DNA of 64,000 nt. Origin: Podarcis tiliguerta. Its lineage: Eukaryota. Positions 36,692 to 49,511 of the stretch are shown piece after piece. A program made the translations under genes and the position numbers. The number at the start of each line of letters is the position of its first letter. Position 1 is the stretch's first letter. The notes under the pieces are model-generated. The model had not been told where the DNA came from. It saw nothing but the letters and a program-made list of their open reading frames with translations, and ran no database searches. The stretch lies in the NCBI GenBank assembly GCA_965153285.1, contig OZ229114.1; one strand, given 5' to 3'.

Positions 36692-36934
36692 GCCAGCGTG
36701 GTGTAGTGGTTAAGAGCAGTGGACTCGTAATCTGGCGAACCAGGTTTGCGTCTCCGCTCCTCCACATGCAGCTGCTGGGTGACCTTGGGCTAGTCACACT
36801 TCTCTGAAGTCTCTCAGCCTCACTCACCTCACGGAGTGTTTGTTGTTGGGGAGGAAGGGAAAGGAGATTGTTAGACGCTTTGAGACTCCTTAAGGGTAGT
36901 GAAAGGTGGGATATCAAGTCCCAACTCTTGTTCT
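36692..36934 (+). mobile_element. Squam3-like tRNA-derived SINE
   Basis: A box tggtgtagtggtt, body near-identical to the 39054 and 56274 copies, and a short CTT-type tail. Confidence 0.9.
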
Positions 36935-36999
36935 TGCCAATAGGTAAATATCAGCTGGTTATGTATAAATAGTAGTAATCCAGATAAGAAGTCCTCTTA

Positions 37000-37452
37000 A
37001 GGATGAGTAACTGATAAAAATCAGGAAACAGAAGGTGGGGATAACTAGACAGTTTTCTTAATGGAAGGAAGGAAGTGAGTGAACCAATAGCCGTGTTATT
37101 TACTTTGCAGAAATCTCAAGCAGACTGTAAAGAGCTGCAAATAGATCTCTACAAACCGGGCGTAAGAGTAGATGTAATGCAGTAAAAGAGTAATGCATTT
37201 GGGATTAAAATAAAAAATAAAAAACACACACACTAATTGAGTCTAAACTTTCTTTGTCTACCCAAGAAAAATATATTGGGTTCTGGACAATAACTCATTG
37301 AAAACAACATCTCACCACTCAGTGGTCATCACCTCCATGTCCCAACTGTGAGTGTATGAAAGCATATGGTTTGGCAGTGTTGGAATGAAAACAGAATGCT
37401 GAGTTAGGTGGATCCTAGTGAGATTCAGCAAGACAACAATTATGGTCTTATG
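37000..37452 (+). mobile_element. Heavily deleted old CR1 fragment
   Basis: Contains aggaaacagaaggtggggataa, gactgtaaagagctgcaa...gatctct and taatgcatttggg. Ends in the CR1-type tail ttatggtcttatg. Confidence 0.6.
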
Positions 37453-39053
37453 TGTCCTTAGAGGTGAAGGAAAATATATTTAATATTTAACCTTGTCTGC
37501 AGGTGGTAATGGGTAAATTCTGAGAGAGGTGCATGGGGTAAAATACAGATTAATATGAATAGTCTTCCCAAGCTATTACTCATGCAGCTGTGTGACATGA
37601 ATTCTGATGTGAAATGGGACCTAGATGCTCTTTAGACTCTACACTGCAATTTCTTCTGTCCAGTCACCATGCATCTGCTCCTGTTTTTAGGGTTCTTTTT
37701 TGCAGTCTGGCTCTGACCTCAATATTGCTAATTTTCAGGAGAATATTAGAACTTGGAGGTGATGGGACCACTTTAAGGTTCCTTATGATATAACAGGAGA
37801 GTGTCTGAATCCTGGTTCTGAGGTAATTATACTGCATATATATCATAAACATGGCTGACTAGAGGTTTCTTCCTCTTCACAAGCCTGTTGTTGACCTTGC
37901 CCCCTTTCCTACAATCAAGCTGGAATTCACAAGTTCACACCTTGTAGTTGCTCAGTCCAGAGACTTTTAATAATGGCTAGGTGTTGCCAGATTTGGGGCT
38001 CATTTGGAAATATTATTAATGTGAATGATCCTGGTGTCAGCACAGTTGTAGTACTCAAGACCTTTACAATGAGTTGGATCTGCTGCTCCAGAGGTGAATG
38101 GCCAATATAGATTTTCATATAGAAGCTAAGCTGACTGACACCTTTTCAGCCATTGCCTGAAATGCTTTTAAAACAGAGAGCAGCACAGGAGGGGTTCCGG
38201 TGAGAGAACTCTGTGTCTAAACCATTTGCCACTTTGTCAACGATATAAGCAGCCTAGAGAGATGGAACAAGAAGAGGCCATTTCCCCCCTTGGATTTGGC
38301 TGCACAAAAGGTTAGTCCAATAGCAATTCTCCTCTGGAGGTCTATATACAGAACCTGTTTAATTTGTAAATGAAGGGTTTTGGCAGACTTTCAACACTTA
38401 GACCTTGTGCCTCCTTTAATTAATTGCATCATCAGTATACAAAATGTCAGAATAGGGACGTGCATGTAACGCCCCCTGAGAAATTTCTGCAGTTTTATCT
38501 AAACTTCTTTTGTTTTGCAAAAGATAAATAAACTATTGGATGTTTCTCCTTAGCAGGAACTGCAAAATTTATCTCAAATTTTCACTTTAGGTGAAACACT
38601 GTGCCAAATGTTATGATACCCCATGAGAAATGTCATTCGTCATTCCTGAAAACTTTTTGCTTTCCTGTAAATTCCTTAGACATTTAGTTTGAGGAGGAAC
38701 CTCCACATTTGCCCCAACATTTAATTTTTAGTGACATTTTGTGGCAATTTTTATTCAGAGTGAGCAGGATTAATGTGTAGAGCTGTGAACTATCACTATG
38801 AATCTCTCAATTTCCTATCTGTGTTGTTTTCACATTTTTTACTCATAATTCTCTTCCATTTTTGTGGCGATAATTCCCCTTCAAAATATGAATTTAGAGG
38901 ATATTTTAATGTGTATTTTAATACATAAGCAGGCAGTGCAATCCAATACATATCGACTCAGAAGTAAGTCCCTCTCCGTTCACTGGGACTTACTCCCAGG
39001 TAATTTGTTAGCACCTAGTTTAGAGAGACAATTTCCCTGAGTGTGGCTTCTCT

Positions 39054-39349
39054 GGAGAGCCAGTGTGATGTAGTGGTTAAGAGTGGTAGATTTGTAATCT
39101 GGGGAACTGGGTTCGCGTCTCCGCTCCTCCACATGCAGCTGCTGGGTGACCTTGGGCTAGTCACACTTCTCTGAAGTCTCTCAGCCCCACTCACCTCACA
39201 GAGTGTTTGTTGTGGGGGAGGAAGGGAAAGGAGACTGTTAGCCGCTTTGAGACTCCTTCGGGTAGTGATAAAGCGGGATATCAAATCTGAACTCTTCTTC
39301 TTCTTCTTCTTCTTCTTCTTCTTCTTCTTCTTCTTCTTCTTCTTCTTCT
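39054..39349 (+). mobile_element. Squam3-like SINE with expanded (CTT)18 tail
   Basis: ggagagccagtgtgatgtagtggtt head, ggttcgcgtct B box, and CTT repeats at 39294-39347. Confidence 0.93.
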
Positions 39350-39505
39350 CATCCTCACATAACAAGCTCCACTTGCAAGCAAACAAACAAATCCTTGTTA
39401 TGCACAATTATTAAAGGAACTGGCACCCTGTCTTCTTTTCAGTCTAATCATACTCGACAAGAATAGTAGCAGATGTTGCAGATTAGAACCATATTGTATT
39501 GGAAA

Positions 39506-39635
39506 CAGGGCTGGCCCAAGATATTTTGGCACCTGAGGCGGACCCCAAAATGGGGGGGGGGGAGAAAGAATGACATCACCTGCCCCTGAGGACCCTGCTA
39601 CCTGAGGCAGTTGCCTCATGGGTGGGCCAGCCCTG
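39506..39635. mobile_element. hAT-like MITE
   Basis: TIRs cagggctggccca and tgggccagccctg. Degenerate 8-bp TSD attggaaa/agtggaag. A longer relative lies at 54603-54845. Confidence 0.75.
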
Positions 39636-40102
39636 AGTGGAAGGGATGGCTAGGAGACCTGCTCGGTAATATAAAAGGGTCTCTTCTCTGTATTGCCTGA
39701 TGGTTTCTGAAGCGATCTGCTACATACTTTCTAGAGTGATCTTCCAGAGGTTGATCCCATAATGAGCACGTTTCTATAGACCTTGGTCAGATTTAGAAAA
39801 TTATTGCGCCTCTTGTCAACACTTGGAGATTTGCATAGGATAACAAGCACCAAAACTTGTTCCTGGTTGCTCTACTGCCCTCTTCACACATTACAGCAAA
39901 GATGGATCCCTGTCTTCCCACTGTTGACTAACAACCTGTAGTGCTGACAAAAATTGCTGTCTTAAAGATTTGAAGATAATCCTGCTGCTGTTGGGCTGTT
40001 TTATGTATTTCAACAGATTGGTGCCCCCCCCCCCGGTTAATTGTTATATTATAAAACACTTCGTTAATGTATATTAAAAAGTAATTTACAAAAGCTATGA
40101 AA

Positions 40103-40234
40103 TCAGTGGTAGCCAATGTGGTGCCCTCCTGAGGTTATTAGACTCCATCTCCCATCAGCTTCATCCAGCATGGCCAGTGTTTAGGAATGATGGGAGTCCA
40201 ACAACCTCTGGAGGGTAGCAGTTGGCTACTCCTG
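40103..40234. mobile_element. Degenerate hAT MITE (family of 6226-6361)
   Basis: Inverted ends cagtggtagccaa and ttggctactcctg around the core ctcccatca...tgatgggag. Confidence 0.65.
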
Positions 40235-43200
40235 CTATAAATAAATAAATAAATATGGAAGTGGGAGGGTTGACATAATGAAACTGAGCCCAGTGAGGAT
40301 ATATCCAACAGCCAAGGCACACCCGCTAAGCTCAAAACCTATGAGGAGCGTAGACAAATAGACCTAAGTGCAGATTATCCTACAGATAAGAGTTGGGATG
40401 AAGGGTTATTGTGGGGCGCCATTCCATGTTAGATATTATTTTTTGAACTTGTAAGTTCATGCCATTATGTTTTACAAAAAGGTGGGAGATCTTATCTACA
40501 TAAATATTTTCCATTTCCTTTTCTTGGCTTAAATGCTCATTCTTTCCTTCACCTCTTTCCAGGTTGCCGTGGTTGGAGGTTGCTTTACAGCTACGGTACA
40601 AGTTGCACCAGAGAAGGGGCATGGGAATTGAAATCTGCTGTTTCTCCATCACGGAGTCCAGAGGTAAGCCCTGTGAAATGAACCCCCAGACATTATTTCT
40701 CAATAAGGTAATGTATTCCTCTGAGGGGCTCAGACAAAGAGCTCAATTTATGAACGCTCTGGAATTCCTAAAAATAAATATCCTGAAACCTTTGAAGGGA
40801 GGATTGCTTCTTATTTAGATTATATATGTTCATGAAAAGTCTGAAACGGAGATTTTGGCCTGCTATATATCCTCATTTTTAACACTTTAATGGACACGGC
40901 AGCCTTCTGGAGATATTTTGGTCTGCTGGGGCAGGACGTCATGGACATTTTTGTGTGTGAATTGCATGTTGTAAAGCAGGGAATGCACAGATTCTTAAGT
41001 GGCCTTCACTTCAGCCACCTTTCTGAGCCCAGGGGCACACTTCTGGTCCCCTACGTAAACGTAAAACGCTGAGTGAAAATGCTGAACTACTGTCTCGGAA
41101 TAACACAAAGCATATACTGGAATGTTGTATATTGACAGAAGTGACTTGCATCATACTGCCTTGGACTTTTGCCATTCTAGACCAGCCCAGAAGGAGAAAC
41201 TGCACTCTCCCTGCTGTCCGTCACAGACAACCCTGGTAAGGCCAGCTTCTGCATACCGAGACGCCACCTGCACATGGCATCAGTAGACATCCATGATTGA
41301 TCTGCTGGCGTTTCCTCCATTGTACATTGCCGCTTTGGAGAGTTGCAAATGTGATTGCAGTAGTGGTGCTGTGGCAAGGGATCATTAACCCTTTCCTCAA
41401 GGCTTCCCACTTCCCGCGCATCGTTCGCACCTCAGCAGAACACTAGTAACAGAAGCAGACAATTGGCAGCACACATCTTTGCAGGAGTTTGAAATGCTGA
41501 CCTCCTTATCCTGTTACAGTCCTTTGAGCTATGAACTATGACTGTGGCTAAGGAACAAATTTGTATATTGCCTTTCATCCGCAGATTTCAGGGCAGCTCA
41601 CAACAAACCAATAATCCCCCCCACTTCCTCCAACATATTTAAAAGTCAATCAGCCAAAGTCCTGATTAAAGAGGAACATTTTTGCCTCTCTTTCTCTCTA
41701 TCTGTCTGTATCCCTGGATTAAAAAGAAAACATTAGGCTGAGTCTTTTTTCTGAATGGTTGGCAACCCTCAATGCATGCAGAGGCCTGGAGCCCTTCTGA
41801 ATTAGTGTGGGTGAAGGAGAATAAGGGCAGCAAAGTCTTAGCTTTGCTGCTTGTCCAAATGTCAGCCTTCATCCTCCATTTTTTTAAAAATCAGCCCGCA
41901 GCTGCTTTGAAGCCCACAAAATCAAGACTTCAACAAGCAAGTCTTTTATAAGTTTATCTGTCTCCTACACAAATTCAGGTCTGACCTGCATTACTTAATC
42001 TAGCAAAATATTCCACAGTCCCCTGCTTTCCTGTATGCGACTATGCAGTAATGCAAAACATCTGTGGAAAGGGAGGAAAAGCAGAGATGCCTACAAGGCA
42101 CATGAAGCGGGGGAAGAAGAAGAAGAAGAAAAAGTGGGGGAAGGAGCAGCTTTTTGCTACTTGGAGCAATTTGGCAGGAAGTCCAGTTGGGATTTTGGTA
42201 ACTGATTCTTCAGGACTGCAGGAAGGACATAGCCAGAGAAAGCATTTCAGGGACCTGCTTGTAAAATAAGAGAAATGAATAAAAACACAGCAGAAGTAAT
42301 AAAGCAGGAGAAGTGACAAGATGGAAATCAGACAAAGCAAAGCTGGGGGTCATAAGTTTTGGCTTGGGATTGAAAAGCACACAGCAGCCACTGCTGAGCT
42401 CTTCCCCCCAAGCATGAGAAGCATAGGGTGAAGCAAAAGCCGCCTTTCTTCTCACTAAGAATTGCCTTCTTATAGGAAGTGGAAACACCAAGTAAAAAAG
42501 CATGGAGTGAATGATCTTAAGTGGAGCCCTCTTTCTGAAGATTGGTGGGCAGATCCTATCGCGTATGCTCTGCTGAAGAAAACAGGAGGGCACCTCTCAG
42601 TGCTTTTGTGAAATAGTGGCCAAGCCAGCTTGCACATTGCATCTGATCTGGCTACTTATTTTTCTCTTGTCTTCAGCGCACATGCAGAGTATCCTTATGA
42701 GATCTATGTGACATGTGGACTGGAATTCGCTGTCAGGCCCTCCTCATGTTCAACAAGCTTCAGTTGAATCATGTATACAAAATAATAACAACAAGCCACA
42801 CAACACTTTCTTTGTCTTGCTGCACTAGCATTACTGAGTAATGGCACCCAGGGTAGCAGCAATGCCGTCTCAGATCTTAATGGCTATCAGCTCTGAAGTC
42901 TATGGGATGAAGTAAGATGGTTGCATTTAGGGATGCGTTCTGAGGTACAGAAAATCTGCCCCCATCCTAGACAGGACACCCAGGCTAGGCTGCTGGAACT
43001 GCCTTGCAATATTCAGTCTTATTTTATTGGTAATAACCTTCTGCCACCTGAAATGTTGGCAGTATTAACTCCACTCTAGAGTAAACATACCAAATGTTTC
43101 TTCTACCAGAGATGCTAACTTCTCTCTTTTGCTTTCTTATAAAGCACATTTTAAATGTTATTTATTTAAGAACTTTTATAGACTGCTATGAAACGTCTCT

Positions 43201-43428
43201 AACATAACACCATGCAAAATCTTTTCTTGAAAAATACAGACCCCAATCAATCAAAAGTTTATTGGCCAAAGGCCAAAACAATTTCACCATTATAATTTGC
43301 CACACTGCAAATCATAACCTACAGCATACGGCAATTACATAAAACAAGGGATCAGTGATTTGAAGAAAGGGCGTCAGCCTTCATAAATATTATCTGCTAG
43401 CTCAAACCTAGCTTAACTTCTGTTAGAC

Positions 43429-43564
43429 CAGGCATAGGCAAACTCGGCCCTCCAGATGTTTTGGGACTACAATTCCCATCATCCCTGACCACCGCTCCTG
43501 TTAGCTAGGGATCATGGGAGTTGTAGTCCCAAAACATCTGGAGGGCCAAGTTTGCCTATGCCTG
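43429..43564. mobile_element. hAT-superfamily MITE (136 bp)
   Basis: TIRs caggcataggcaaact and agtttgcctatgcctg. 8-bp TSD TGTTAGAC/CGTTAGAC with one CpG-type change. Confidence 0.93.
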
Positions 43565-43650
43565 CGTTAGACCTCTGGATCTCCTGTGCAACTTATTGCA
43601 ATACTGTCTCTCTCTCTCTTTCTAATCTTACTTGAAGCCATAAATAAATA

Positions 43651-43800
43651 TAGAATCATTGAATTGTAGAGTTAGAAGGGACCCTGAGGATCATCTAGTC
43701 CAACCCTCTGCAATGCAGTAATATGCAGCTGTCCCATACAAGGATTGAACCTGCAGTCTGGGCATTATCAGCACCACACTCTAACCAACTAAGCTATCCA
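43651..43800 (-). mobile_element. Short tRNA(Ile)-headed SINE with CR1 tail (Squam2-like)
   Basis: Minus strand reads tagcttagttggttagagtgtggtgctgataatgcc...ggttcaatcc (tRNA-Ile-like), then ttggactagatgatcc...ctctacaattcaatgattcta (CR1 3' end). Confidence 0.82.
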
Positions 43801-46289
43801 TGCTCTGATACACACAGTGATACAATCAACAAAGTTTAAAAGCAATCTGTATATAGTGAAATTATTTTTTAAAAATACTGATAAAATCAACAGAATTTAA
43901 AAATCAGTAAGCACAATAAAAGCCTATGCTTGGATAGGCTTGCCAAAACAAAAAAAGTTTTTAGCAGGCATCTATCCACTGTGGTTCTTTGCAGACAAGT
44001 AAGTCTTATGACTTTGATTTGGTTGCCTGGGGCATATGAATGAGAGTATAACACCTCCTGCAGCAGTCATTTCTACAAATGCTTTCTCAAAGTGGACCTT
44101 GAATGGCCCAGAAGGCCACTCCTTCTTTTGTACTTGGACTGGAAAAAAGGAACAGAGGTTCTAGCATCATGTCATAGGGAGCTCTGCAGATAAGCGCCAG
44201 AAGAGCTCAAAGAGCAGGTGACAGAAGAGAATCTCCCTTTGCAAGCTCTGTTATGTACTGTCAATAGAAGGGAAAACTCAAAAGAGAAAGCATAATTACC
44301 GTATTTGCCACTTTCCGCTAATGGTCTGAAATGAGCACACCTCCTATCGATTTGTCATTTTCTTTCCCCAGACTTTCACACAGAGCTTGAAGCTCAGTGG
44401 ACATAAAGAAACAAGCTGGAAGAGAAAGGAAGGAACTTCAAAATGAAATTCTATAATAAAGCGAAACAGTAACAGAGCCCATTGTGTTCAAGGGATGTCA
44501 TTCATTTATATGGCGTCTCCATCTCCCCGCCCAACCCCCAACTCCGGAAATGATGATAATATCAAGACAGTAGTAAAGATGTTTCTGCTGTTATAAGAAT
44601 TCTGAGGTCTCAAATATAGAATAAATATTCATAAATGCACACACATCTAAATATATAAACCATGTGTTTGAAATAGTACAGGAAAGCAATCCTGAAGCCA
44701 TTTTGACTCTTTCAATGACTTCAAATATTCCACTGCAGTAAGGGAGGCAAATGGCAAAAGCCTTCTTTTCGCTTACAAATCCTGACTTCAGGGCACATTT
44801 GTGTATGAATAGGGTGAGCCTGTGACCTGGATTCAGGAACTAAAGTATTAACCATCACAAAAGAATAGCCAGGCTACCCAAGTAATGCAATCAGGATCTT
44901 AGCGGACTCAAGAGTCCCATGGGGAGTTAAGCAGCAAAAGCCAAACCCAAAAGACCAAAAGCAGCTCCATGTTCAGAAGTGAGCCATAGCTCCACTTTCC
45001 CCAATCCAAAAACCTAATAAAAGGTGACTTTGCCACCATTACTCCTGGTTAACAAAAATATTAGTAGAGTCCTTAGGCGCCGTGGTACCAGTGGAATCCC
45101 AGCAGCTTTACAGATTTTTAGACGGCAGACGACAAGCATTAGCTGAAGTCCTTGATCTTTCATGTTTCCATCCAGCAAAGGATATTTCCAGAAGTAACGT
45201 ATATTAGCATACAGTTTCCTAACAATGTCCCTTTTAAGATCTGCCTTGTTTTATAAATAATTTAAAACTCACTTGCCACTCAGAATTGGATCACAGGTTT
45301 TAATTAGGGGGAAGAACGCCTTGTTTTACATAGAGAGCTTCCCATCCAGGGACTAAAAAAAGGGCAGGGGAATCCAAATGCCAAAGACAACCTGATGACA
45401 AGCAATTCAAAGGCACATCAGTGTATATTAAGTGCCTGGAAATGAAGGTAAACACCATGTGCTGAGATTCTGCATCTCTTGGGAGTTGCCTCCCATATCT
45501 TTCTGGCGCCTAACCATCTTAGCTATGCAGGACCAATAACCAGCTAAGGAGCCCCGGTGCTTTTGTTTAAACCTTATAAATGTGGTGCTGGTGAAAGATG
45601 TTTGATTAAATGCAGCCACATGCGAGAGATGGAAGTCTTCACTGCTCAGTGCTCAAGGAGCAAGATTTCACTCTTCTGTACATTGCCTGCAAGAGTGTCG
45701 TGGCATCAATCTACCGGGGATTGTCCGTACAGGGTAGGCCAAGTACCGTATCCTGTTAGTCAGTCAGTTTCATGACTTCTCTCTTTGAAATTGCTAACCA
45801 GTTGTGGTTTGGGAGATGTGGTCACCTGTTTGCTCTCAGGATGTGGGATAATGCAACCAATGAGTTTGACATTAGATCATCAAACAACTGTTAGAGGCTA
45901 ACTCTTGCCACCTGTTGGGCTTTGGGTCATGTGCTGTCTTTAATGCTCCCTAGATTAAACTAGCTGGTTCTGAGTCTGCAAGAGTTAATGCTTATATTGT
46001 ATAATACACCCTTTTGAGGCTAGGAAAGCAACTATGGCTGGGGCAGGGGAAACCAGTTTTCCCCAGTTTGAAACTTGCAAATTTTGTAATTCCTTTTCGA
46101 AGTATGACATCAGATTCTGAATGCAGTGTTCAATTTTCTGTCAATTTCTGCGGCATTCATAGAAAAGGAGAGACATCAGTAGTATACATCTGTGTACAGC
46201 ATTACCTCTATGACTAGCAGGCTTTATAAGAGAATCAAAATATTTAGGTCAAGTCATACACTTCTAGCATTAGGAAACAAAGATCAGAT

Positions 46290-46839
46290 GCACATTCTAC
46301 CACATGTGGTGGATGTGCAAGATAGCAAAAGCATTCTGAGAAATGATTTATAATGAGTTGGGGGGGGGAATGTTTAAAATAACATTTGTAAAAAAAACCA
46401 GAGGCTTTTTTATTTGGAATTTTAGGTGCAAAGATACCAAAGGAGCAGAAACAATTATTTATGTATGCAATGACAGTAGCGCAGATGCTCCTGGCCCAGA
46501 GATGAAAAGAAGACAAAGTCCCGACCAGAGATGAATGGTTGATGAAGATGATGGACTATGCCGAAATGGCGAAACTGACTAGGAAAATCAGAAACCAGGA
46601 AGAAGAGAACTTCAATAAGGAATGGGGAAAATTTATAATGTAAAACTTTGGCAGGATTTGAGTAATGCTTGTAATAAGGAAAAAAATAAGAGAAGCAATT
46701 GAAAAAAGATGACAATTGTAACCATGGAAGGACAGAGGGGAGTTGAAGGATTCAGGGAATACTAGATGATGATGTTGATGTTTAACGTTGGAATTTTAAT
46801 TTGCAATGTAAAACTTAAGAAAAAAGATTGGGGAAGGGG
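46290..46839 (+). mobile_element. 5'-truncated L1-clade LINE (ORF2 C-terminus plus 3' UTR)
   Basis: Frameshifted translation FYHMWWMCKIAKAF*EMIYNEL...PEAFLFGILG...VPTRDEWLMKMMDYAEMAKLT. 18-bp TSD AGGAAACA(A/G)AGATCAGAT at 46272-46289 and 46840-46857. Confidence 0.9.
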
Positions 46840-48751
46840 AGGAAACAGAGATCAGATTTTAATGTCTGAAAGGGAACTCTCTCCCAAATAATGAGTGTTG
46901 AGTGTCAAAGGCTCAGGGATATATCACATAGGATAAGAATGGTCATGGAAGCAAAGTTTCCCACTTCCTCCTTTCCCCACCCCCGACATCTATCCATACA
47001 CCCCCCCCCAGCCTGAATGGTAGGGGTGGGGGCCCTCTTGAATAATGTGGGGTGTCTGAGGATTGCCGAGGAGAGAATGGATTATGGAACTTTCTTTCTG
47101 TGGTCTTCCTTAAGGCTGCAATCCTATCATCCCTGGGATGATTCAGAGACTGAGACCCAACTTTGTGAACTCCCTCCCTGTTGCTGTGGAAACCTCTTCA
47201 GCCCTTACCTTACTGATTCATACTTCATACTCATTGTTCTCCCAGGCCCCCACAACATGCTACCAAAGCCAGCCTTATGACTAGCACATGTCCGCCACAC
47301 ACACACACACATTGGAAACAAAGGGAATAAATCTCATGCTTTGGGTGCAGGGGGAGGAGAAGGCCTGAAGCTTCTTTTCTGTGAGCTTCCTTAAGTTACA
47401 TTAAGATCCAGACCATAATCTCCAGGTATATGGTAGCCCCTTGAAATGACTACATACATACATCATATAATCACAAAATCATGCACAGAAGCAGACTTTG
47501 ATGACCAAGTGCCTGTTCTGTGCAGCTGCTCACCACGCATGTTTTGCCCTCTTAGTGTAAAAGATGGGGGAAAGATGTGTCTGTTTGCTCATACATTCTA
47601 GTTGGAGTCATTTTGCTGCCCTGTAATGATGTGAGGAGTCAAAACTATTCTGGAAGGTTGCCTTGCTGCCGTTTGTTAGTTAGCTCAGCGAGAAAATACT
47701 CTCTGCAGCATGCAATGGTCTCTAGTAAAGAGATAGGGGTTCACATGGGCAGATCTGGTAACAGCAGACCTTACAAAACCAGAAGCAGCTTATCTGGTGG
47801 GGTGGAGCTGCAATGTTAGCATCCTGGCAGCTGTGTTGCTGCCACTTACTAGGACGGAGAGGGGAAAGCCCAAAGTGGCAGAGAGGTCAAGACTGTGTAG
47901 TTGCACCGCCAGAGCCAATCCTGCTAGGAAGCTTCTGGAAAAGTCACTTTGGTTCAAAACCAGGAAAAAGCGTCTTGGTGGCACAAAATAGTGCATCATA
48001 AACCAGTAAGCAAGAACTCTCTGGACTCTAGGCAAATTAAATAGCATTCAAAATGCATCTGACCCTATAGTATAGGGTTAGAAATCTGGCCACAAGAAAT
48101 TTCTTCTTGTAAGGCAATATGCTGATGGGAATATTTAAAGCAAATGGAGCAACTTCCTGCTGCTCCTGCCCATGCAACTAATTTGGTGGTTTGGCAATTT
48201 CACTGGATCCTCAGGTATTTGGTTTATTTATCAAGAAGTACTGAGCATTTGTCTATTGGTACTTTTCAGTAATGAAATTAATGTTGGACACATTTTTGTG
48301 TTTCCTACTTCTTGGTGGTTAAATCAGTTTTGCAGCTGGGAAAGACTAGCTTACAATCCCTTGTTTTGGAGCCCTCTCTCTTTGATAACCATCAACGTGG
48401 CATCAGCTTCCACTGGGCTGCCACTTTTCACGGTAAGCAGTTAGTGTGACGCTTCCCCACCTTAGTAGAGAGCCCTATATATATCAGGAGCTCAAATGCA
48501 ATTCATGCTAATCTCTCAGGGACCATTCCATTTTTCCCTTTTGTCAATTTAATTAGCAAACTTAAGTGCAAGGCTGTCACTCATTTGTTGCAGAGGATCA
48601 CGCTACCAGGGACGGACTTTGGTAATATGGTGCCCAGAGCAAGGGCACACAAACCCCTAAATATTTCCTATTTTCACAATGATTCCTTTTGGTACAGCTG
48701 TTGTTTTTAATGGATCTTCTCAGTTGGTACCTGTATAAATATAAGTTTTAT

Positions 48752-48890
48752 CAGTGTTTTTTGTCTAGAAAAAGAGGTGTCAGAACTCACCATGAACACC
48801 TCCTTTGTTCTCTTAAAATGGAAATAGTACCCACCTGAGAGGTGCCAGAACTGAGTTCTGGCAAGTTCTGGCTGGGGGGAAAACACCCTG
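48752..48890. mobile_element. hAT-like MITE
   Basis: Ends cagtgtttt and aaaacaccctg. TSD AGTTTTAT/GGTTTTAT matches at 7 of 8 positions. Confidence 0.75.
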
Positions 48891-49363
48891 GGTTTTATTA
48901 GTAGCAGTATTTGTATTTACACAGGAGGAACTGCTCACACTGCCCTAAATCCAGCGCTGGTTATTACATTTCCCCAGAACCTAAATGGCAATATTCTGTA
49001 ACAAAAATGTCTTTTATGACCCCCCTGCAGTTAGTGCATCAATTGCAAATGTGAATGCTGCATCCTTTGTAGTTGCCCAAGCAGCACAGACCCTGCTGGA
49101 GAGTGCCCTATGATCAACGAATCATTATAAACACTTAGCTCTTTACGATTACATATGTAGTGTGTTCATATTCATATCACTTCACATACATTATCAATGT
49201 AAGTAACTGTAAGTAGTCCTTACAGTATTATTATCACCCTTTTCTAGATGTGAGGGTGTACTATAGGGCAGGGATGGGGAAACCTTTTCAGCCTAAGGGT
49301 CACATTTCCTTCTGGGCAACCTCGGGGTGGCTGCATCAAATGCTGTAATCGAAAGCTGTTATA

Positions 49364-49511
49364 CATAGAATCATAGAACTGTATGGGTCATCTAGTCCAA
49401 CCCCTGCAATGCAGGAATATGAAGTGCAGGAATATGCTGCTGTCCCATATGGGGAGCAAACCTGCAACCTTGGCATAATCAGCACCACACTCTAACCAAC
49501 TGACCTATCCA
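49364..49511 (-). mobile_element. Squam2-like SINE with internal deletion and duplication
   Basis: catagaatcatagaa CR1 tail and atcagcaccacactctaaccaact head, as in the 43651 copy. Confidence 0.8.

Noticed and set aside
39015-39407. 130-aa ORF with a poly-Lys run, and similar ORFs at 36597..36917 and 56271..56507
   Set aside because: These are antisense translations of Squam3-like SINEs and the (CTT)n tail, not a gene family.
43740-43800. tRNA-Ile-like sequence (other tRNA-like heads at 24091, 32496 and 49450-49511)
   Set aside because: These are SINE heads fused to LINE-derived tails, with a degenerate acceptor stem. They are not tRNA genes.
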